In this document: piece by piece, positions 60,005 to 64,000 of the stretch
How positions within the stretch are numbered: the stretch's first letter is position 1
Layout: every line of letters begins with the position of its first letter
DNA from: Candidatus Nomurabacteria bacterium
Lineage (GTDB): Bacteria; Patescibacteriota; Minisyncoccia; Phycocordibacterales; UBA9973
Reading direction: 5' to 3'
Assembly: GCA_026395995.1 (NCBI GenBank)
Contig: JAPLXQ010000010.1
Location: 69,296 to 133,295, forward strand
DNA length: 64,000 nucleotides
Translations under genes and position numbers: made by a program
Notes under the pieces: generated by a model
The model's input: the letters and a program-made list of their open reading frames with translations, nothing else
Told to the model about the DNA's origin: nothing
Databases searched by the model: none

Positions 60005-62047
60005 ATGGCAAAAGAAAAAGAACAAAAATATGGGGCAGAACAAATATCTGTCCTAGAGGGGCTTGAGCCGGTTCGCCGCCGTCCTGGTATGTATATCGGT
60101 ACTACTGGTATCGATGGTTTGCACCACCTCGTATGGGAAATATTCGACAACTCTCGTGACGAAGCCATGGGAGGATATTGTGATGAGATTGAAGTAGTCG
60201 TTTTACCTGGAGACATTATCCGTGTGACAGATAATGGTCGCGGAATTCCTACAGACATTCACCCTAAAACAAAAGTTTCTGCACTTGAGACAGTTATGAC
60301 TACACTCCATGCTGGAGGTAAATTCGGTGGAGAAAATTCTGGTTACAAAGTTTCCGGAGGATTGCACGGAGTGGGTGCTTCTGTGGTGAACGCTCTTTCT
60401 CTTTATACAAAAGCAGAAGTACATCACGATGGTGGAAAATTCATGCAAGAATATACCCAAGGCAAGAAAAAAGCTGCTGTTAAAAAAGTCGGTTCTTCAA
60501 AAGCTCATGGTACAGTCATCACTTTCCAGCCAGACCCAGAAATTTTTAAAGAAGGAGTTATTTTTGATTATGATACGATTGTAAATCGTTTTCGTCAGCA
60601 AGCATATCTTGTAAAAAAACTTCGCATTCGTGTGATCGATGCTAGAAAATATGAAGGAAAAATAAATACTGATGATGTGGTTTATTTTAGTGAACTTAAT
60701 TTGGAAGTTCCATCTACTACCTTTTATTTTGAAGGAGGATTGGTGTCTCTCGTAAAATATACAACACGTCTACAAAAATCTTTATCTAATAAAATCTTTT
60801 ATGTTGAAAAAGACCAAGACAATGTCGGAGTTGAAATAGCGCTTCGCTATGTCGATGATATGACAGATAAGATTATTCCTTTCGCAAACAATATTTATAC
60901 ACCAGAAGGTGGTACACATGTGACAGGTTTCAAAACTGCTCTCACAAGACTTTTGAATACTTACAGTAAAAAAAATAATGTCTTAAAAGAAACTGAAGGT
61001 GGTTTTACTGGTGAAGATGTTCTCGAAGGTTTAGTCGTCGTAGTCTCAGTCAAGCTTCCAGAAATTCAATTTGAAGGACAAACCAAAGCTAAGCTTGGAA
61101 GTATGGAAGCTCAGGGAGCGGTAGCGACAGTCTTTGGAGAAGCCTTCTCTGCTTTCTTGGAAGAGAACCCAGATGAAGCTAAAGTCATCATGAATAAGGC
61201 TATTTTGGCCCTCAAGGCACGTAAAGCAGCCAAAGCAGCCAAAGACTCAATCCTTCGTAAAGGAGCCCTAGAAGGTATGACTTTGCCTGGAAAGCTTGCA
61301 GACTGTCAAAGTAAATCAGCGGCTGAATCTGAAATATTCATCGTGGAGGGAGATTCCGCTGGAGGTACAGCTAAAATGGGGCGTGATAGAAAGACTCAAG
61401 CTATCTTGCCACTTCGTGGAAAGATTTTGAATGTCGAGCGTGCACGTCTCGATCGTATGCTAGGATCTGAACAAATAAAAAACCTAGTCATTGCGATGGG
61501 TACATCTATTGGTGATACTTTTGATCTTGAAAAAATCCGTTATCATAAAATAATTATTGCGACTGATGCCGACGTGGACGGAGCCCACATTACGACCTTG
61601 CTCTTAACTCTATTCTACAGATATTTCCGCCAAGTCATTGATGCTGGATATTTATATATTGCTCAACCTCCACTTTATAAAATTAAAAAAGGCAAACAAA
61701 TTTCTTACGCTTATACAGATGAAGAAAGAATTAAATTAGCAGGAGAGGGAGATGTAGAAATTGAAAACTTGGAAGATGGTGTCGTCGAAGAAGTAGAAGA
61801 GACAGAAGAAGACGTAAAAAAGAAAGCCAACAAAGTTCATATTCAAAGATATAAAGGTCTCGGAGAAATGAATGCCGAAGAACTTTGGGAGACTACTATG
61901 GATCCAGCTCACCGTATGATTAAAAAAGTAAATGTCGATGATGCTGAAGAAGCCAATAAAATCTTTGATATTTTGATGGGCTCAGAAGTGCCACCACGTA
62001 AATCTTTTATTCAATCAAATGCCAAGCTGGCAGAGATTGATATCTAG
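60005..62047 (+). CDS. gyrB: DNA gyrase subunit B
   Basis: VRRRPGMYIG, GGLHGVGASVVN, EGDSAGG, PLRGK, QRYKGLGEM. Confidence 0.93.
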   Translation: MAKEKEQKYGAEQISVLEGLEPVRRRPGMYIGTTGIDGLHHLVWEIFDNSRDEAMGGYCDEIEVVVLPGDIIRVTDNGRGIPTDIHPKTKVSALETVMTTLHAGGKFGGENSGYKVSGGLHGVGASVVNALSLYTKAEVHHDGGKFMQEYTQGKKKAAVKKVGSSKAHGTVITFQPDPEIFKEGVIFDYDTIVNRFRQQAYLVKKLRIRVIDARKYEGKINTDDVVYFSELNLEVPSTTFYFEGGLVSLVKYTTRLQKSLSNKIFYVEKDQDNVGVEIALRYVDDMTDKIIPFANNIYTPEGGTHVTGFKTALTRLLNTYSKKNNVLKETEGGFTGEDVLEGLVVVVSVKLPEIQFEGQTKAKLGSMEAQGAVATVFGEAFSAFLEENPDEAKVIMNKAILALKARKAAKAAKDSILRKGALEGMTLPGKLADCQSKSAAESEIFIVEGDSAGGTAKMGRDRKTQAILPLRGKILNVERARLDRMLGSEQIKNLVIAMGTSIGDTFDLEKIRYHKIIIATDADVDGAHITTLLLTLFYRYFRQVIDAGYLYIAQPPLYKIKKGKQISYAYTDEERIKLAGEGDVEIENLEDGVVEEVEETEEDVKKKANKVHIQRYKGLGEMNAEELWETTMDPAHRMIKKVNVDDAEEANKIFDILMGSEVPPRKSFIQSNAKLAEIDI

Positions 62048-62117
62048 TTAGATAAAATAGAACTAATGTAAAATAAAAAAGGTTGAATCGCATTGTGCAA
62101 TTCAACCTTTTTGTTTT

Positions 62118-62330
62118 TCAGTCCTCCTCTTTTTTTGGAGGAAGAGACATTAACTTTTGCTCTTTTTGTTCTTGTTTTTTTACCGACCAGAGAACGGCAA
62201 TAACAACAACAATGATAAAACAAATAGACAGTGGATTATACTTCCCGGAATATGTTTCCGGACCAAAATCTGATGCCTCGGCTGTTACACTTACCATAAG
62301 TGTAAACAGTAATAAAAAAATTTTTTTCAT
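62118..62330 (-). CDS. Small secreted or membrane protein
   Basis: Signal-like N-terminus plus a TM helix; terminator-like hairpin at about 62075-62118. Confidence 0.5.
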   Translation of the reverse strand: MKKIFLLLFTLMVSVTAEASDFGPETYSGKYNPLSICFIIVVVIAVLWSVKKQEQKEQKLMSLPPKKEED

Positions 62331-62436
62331 GTACAATTATTTTTTTAATTTATTCTAAAATAGAGAATATCATATCTATATTAAAAAGTCAAGGTAAATA
62401 TAGATAAAATAAAAATCACCCCGGAGGGTGATTAAC

Positions 62437-62967
62437 TTAAACAAGAAAATTAACTATTTTTATTATAGGTTCTCCTATTAATTTCTTTTGAAATGGACCA
62501 TAATGAAAAGTCGCTTCAATTTTTTTACCATCTAAAAGTATTGGCAGGAATAGCTTATCAGCAGGCATCATTTTTTTTAATGGTAAGTCGTGAATATGGA
62601 ATAATGTCGGTTTTAGCATCTCTTTAGTTTCTTTGATTTTACCTTTCCATTTTTCTGTAATATAAAAATGAACTCGGCATACAAAAGTAGTATTATCACT
62701 TTTTGTATTATGAAAATCAATAATAGCTACTTTTACCAAATTCTTCTGTAAGACTTTTACCTTACCTTCTTCTTTGGCTTCTCTGGTGGCTGCTTTTTTT
62801 TGAGTTTCTCCTTTTTTAATTCCACCTCCTAAGCCGTTCCAGCAACCTTTGCCAATTTTGTCAGCTTTAATGCTGAGCCAAATTTTATTTGTTTTTTTGA
62901 CCTTTAAATAAAGAACTGTGGCTTCTTTTAAAGTTTTCTCTTTTCTTTTCTTAAGTACCTTTTTCAT
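62437..62967 (-). CDS. NUDIX hydrolase (MutT/MTH1-like)
   Basis: WNGLGG.....ET...AATREAKEE; EM.P; MMPAD. Confidence 0.85.
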   Translation of the reverse strand: MKKVLKKRKEKTLKEATVLYLKVKKTNKIWLSIKADKIGKGCWNGLGGGIKKGETQKKAATREAKEEGKVKVLQKNLVKVAIIDFHNTKSDNTTFVCRVHFYITEKWKGKIKETKEMLKPTLFHIHDLPLKKMMPADKLFLPILLDGKKIEATFHYGPFQKKLIGEPIIKIVNFLV

Positions 62968-63067
62968 GATCTTTATATTTTTAAATAAGTATTTTCTTTG
63001 CTGATTATACAACCATTAAAATAAATAGCAAACAAAAAATCGAGGGTTAGCCTCGATTTTTTGTTTG

Positions 63068-64000
63068 CTATAGTTCTAAAGATTTTGAATTTATTTTCTC
63101 TAAAGTTTGATTTAAGAATTCTTCTGGAGAGATATTTTCTATTTTTGTATTATCTCGTTTTTCGATAGTCAGAGTGTTGGCATCTTTTTCTTTATCACCA
63201 ATGACGATGACATAAGGTGTTTTGTTTGTCTTAGCATTACGAATTCTTTTGCCGAGACTTTCATTCGAATCATCGAGTTCAACTCTGATATCACTATTTT
63301 GGAATAAATCAAAAACAGTCTTGGCGTAATTTCCATGATTTTCTGCAGAGATTGGAATAATGGTGACTTGGGCAGGAGAGAGCCAAAGAGGGAAATTACC
63401 AGCAGTATGCTCGATCATCACACCCATAAATCTTTCGAGTGAACCAGAGATGGCACGATGAATAACAACTGGGCGTTCTTTTTTGCCTTCGTTATTCACA
63501 AAACTTAAATCGAATCTTTCAGGAAGATTGAAATCACATTGTATTGTTGCTAGTTGCCACTCACGTCCGATAGCATCTTTAAACATGAAGTCTAATTTTG
63601 GTCCGTAAAAAGCCGCTTCATCTTTTGCTGGTTTATAAGGAAGGTTCTCTTCGATACAAACTTTTGTCAAAGCTGATTCTGCCTTGACCCAGACATCATC
63701 AGAACCTAAATATTTTGTTTTATCATCTCCACGCAAAGAGAGTCGTACCCAATATCCATCAATTAGACCCATTGTAGTATAAAATTCTTTAATAATACCA
63801 ACAATTGTTTTTATCTCATCTCCGATTTGATCACTAGTACAGAAAAGATGTCCATCATCTTGAGTGATAGATCGTACACGAGTCAATCCTCCTAATTGTC
63901 CAGATTTCTCATCACGATAGACTGTCGCTGGTTCAAAATATCGTATTGGCATATTACGATAAGAGAATTGGTTGTCTGCAAAGATTTGCATATGGTGAGG
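63068..64000 (-). CDS. thrS: Threonine-tRNA ligase, 5'-partial
   Basis: YRDEKSG.L.GLTRVR..TQDD, AAFYGPKLD, IHRAI.GSLERF. Confidence 0.96.
   Translation of the reverse strand, partial: PHHMQIFADNQFSYRNMPIRYFEPATVYRDEKSGQLGGLTRVRSITQDDGHLFCTSDQIGDEIKTIVGIIKEFYTTMGLIDGYWVRLSLRGDDKTKYLGSDDVWVKAESALTKVCIEENLPYKPAKDEAAFYGPKLDFMFKDAIGREWQLATIQCDFNLPERFDLSFVNNEGKKERPVVIHRAISGSLERFMGVMIEHTAGNFPLWLSPAQVTIIPISAENHGNYAKTVFDLFQNSDIRVELDDSNESLGKRIRNAKTNKTPYVIVIGDKEKDANTLTIEKRDNTKIENISPEEFLNQTLEKINSKSLEL

Overview
AT-rich bacterial chromosome segment using the standard genetic code. The gene set and style suggest a Patescibacteria/CPR genome, probably Parcubacteria (inference from the reduced glycolytic cluster, the pilM-pilB-pilT-pilC-pilin locus, tRNAs without encoded CCA, and a free-standing LAGLIDADG gene beside tRNAs). 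In order, it holds: a putative defence cluster (S24 peptidase domain, PD-(D/E)XK-like protein, OLD-like ATPase); frameshifted asd; T-box-controlled ileS; recG; a two-component pair; a glycolysis cluster with a gpmA-pyk fusion and eno, split by a DinJ/YafQ-type TA module; and three tRNA-Ser genes around a LAGLIDADG gene and a repeat-bounded cassette. Further on are a comF/type IV pilus locus with tandem pilins, ligA, gatCA, tRNA-Met, a truB-like gene, a six-gene Hyf/Ehr-type membrane complex beside a CsoSCA-like carbonic anhydrase, a UvrD-nuclease fusion, trhO, a single-chain PheRS-like gene, gyrB, a NUDIX gene and partial thrS. The most striking observations are: (1) an Ehr-like complex with three of four Fe-S cysteine ligands replaced by Asp and no NiFe motifs; (2) a ~390-nt promoter- and terminator-bounded ncRNA candidate ending in a 23S rRNA helix-11 look-alike; (3) an integrase-less cassette between duplicated tRNA-Ser genes with nested inverted repeats; (4) a TA cassette with an apparent target-site duplication; (5) a tRNA-Ser with an ACU anticodon; (6) many in-frame palindromic insertions in housekeeping genes. 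All calls come from reading the sequence; no searches were run.
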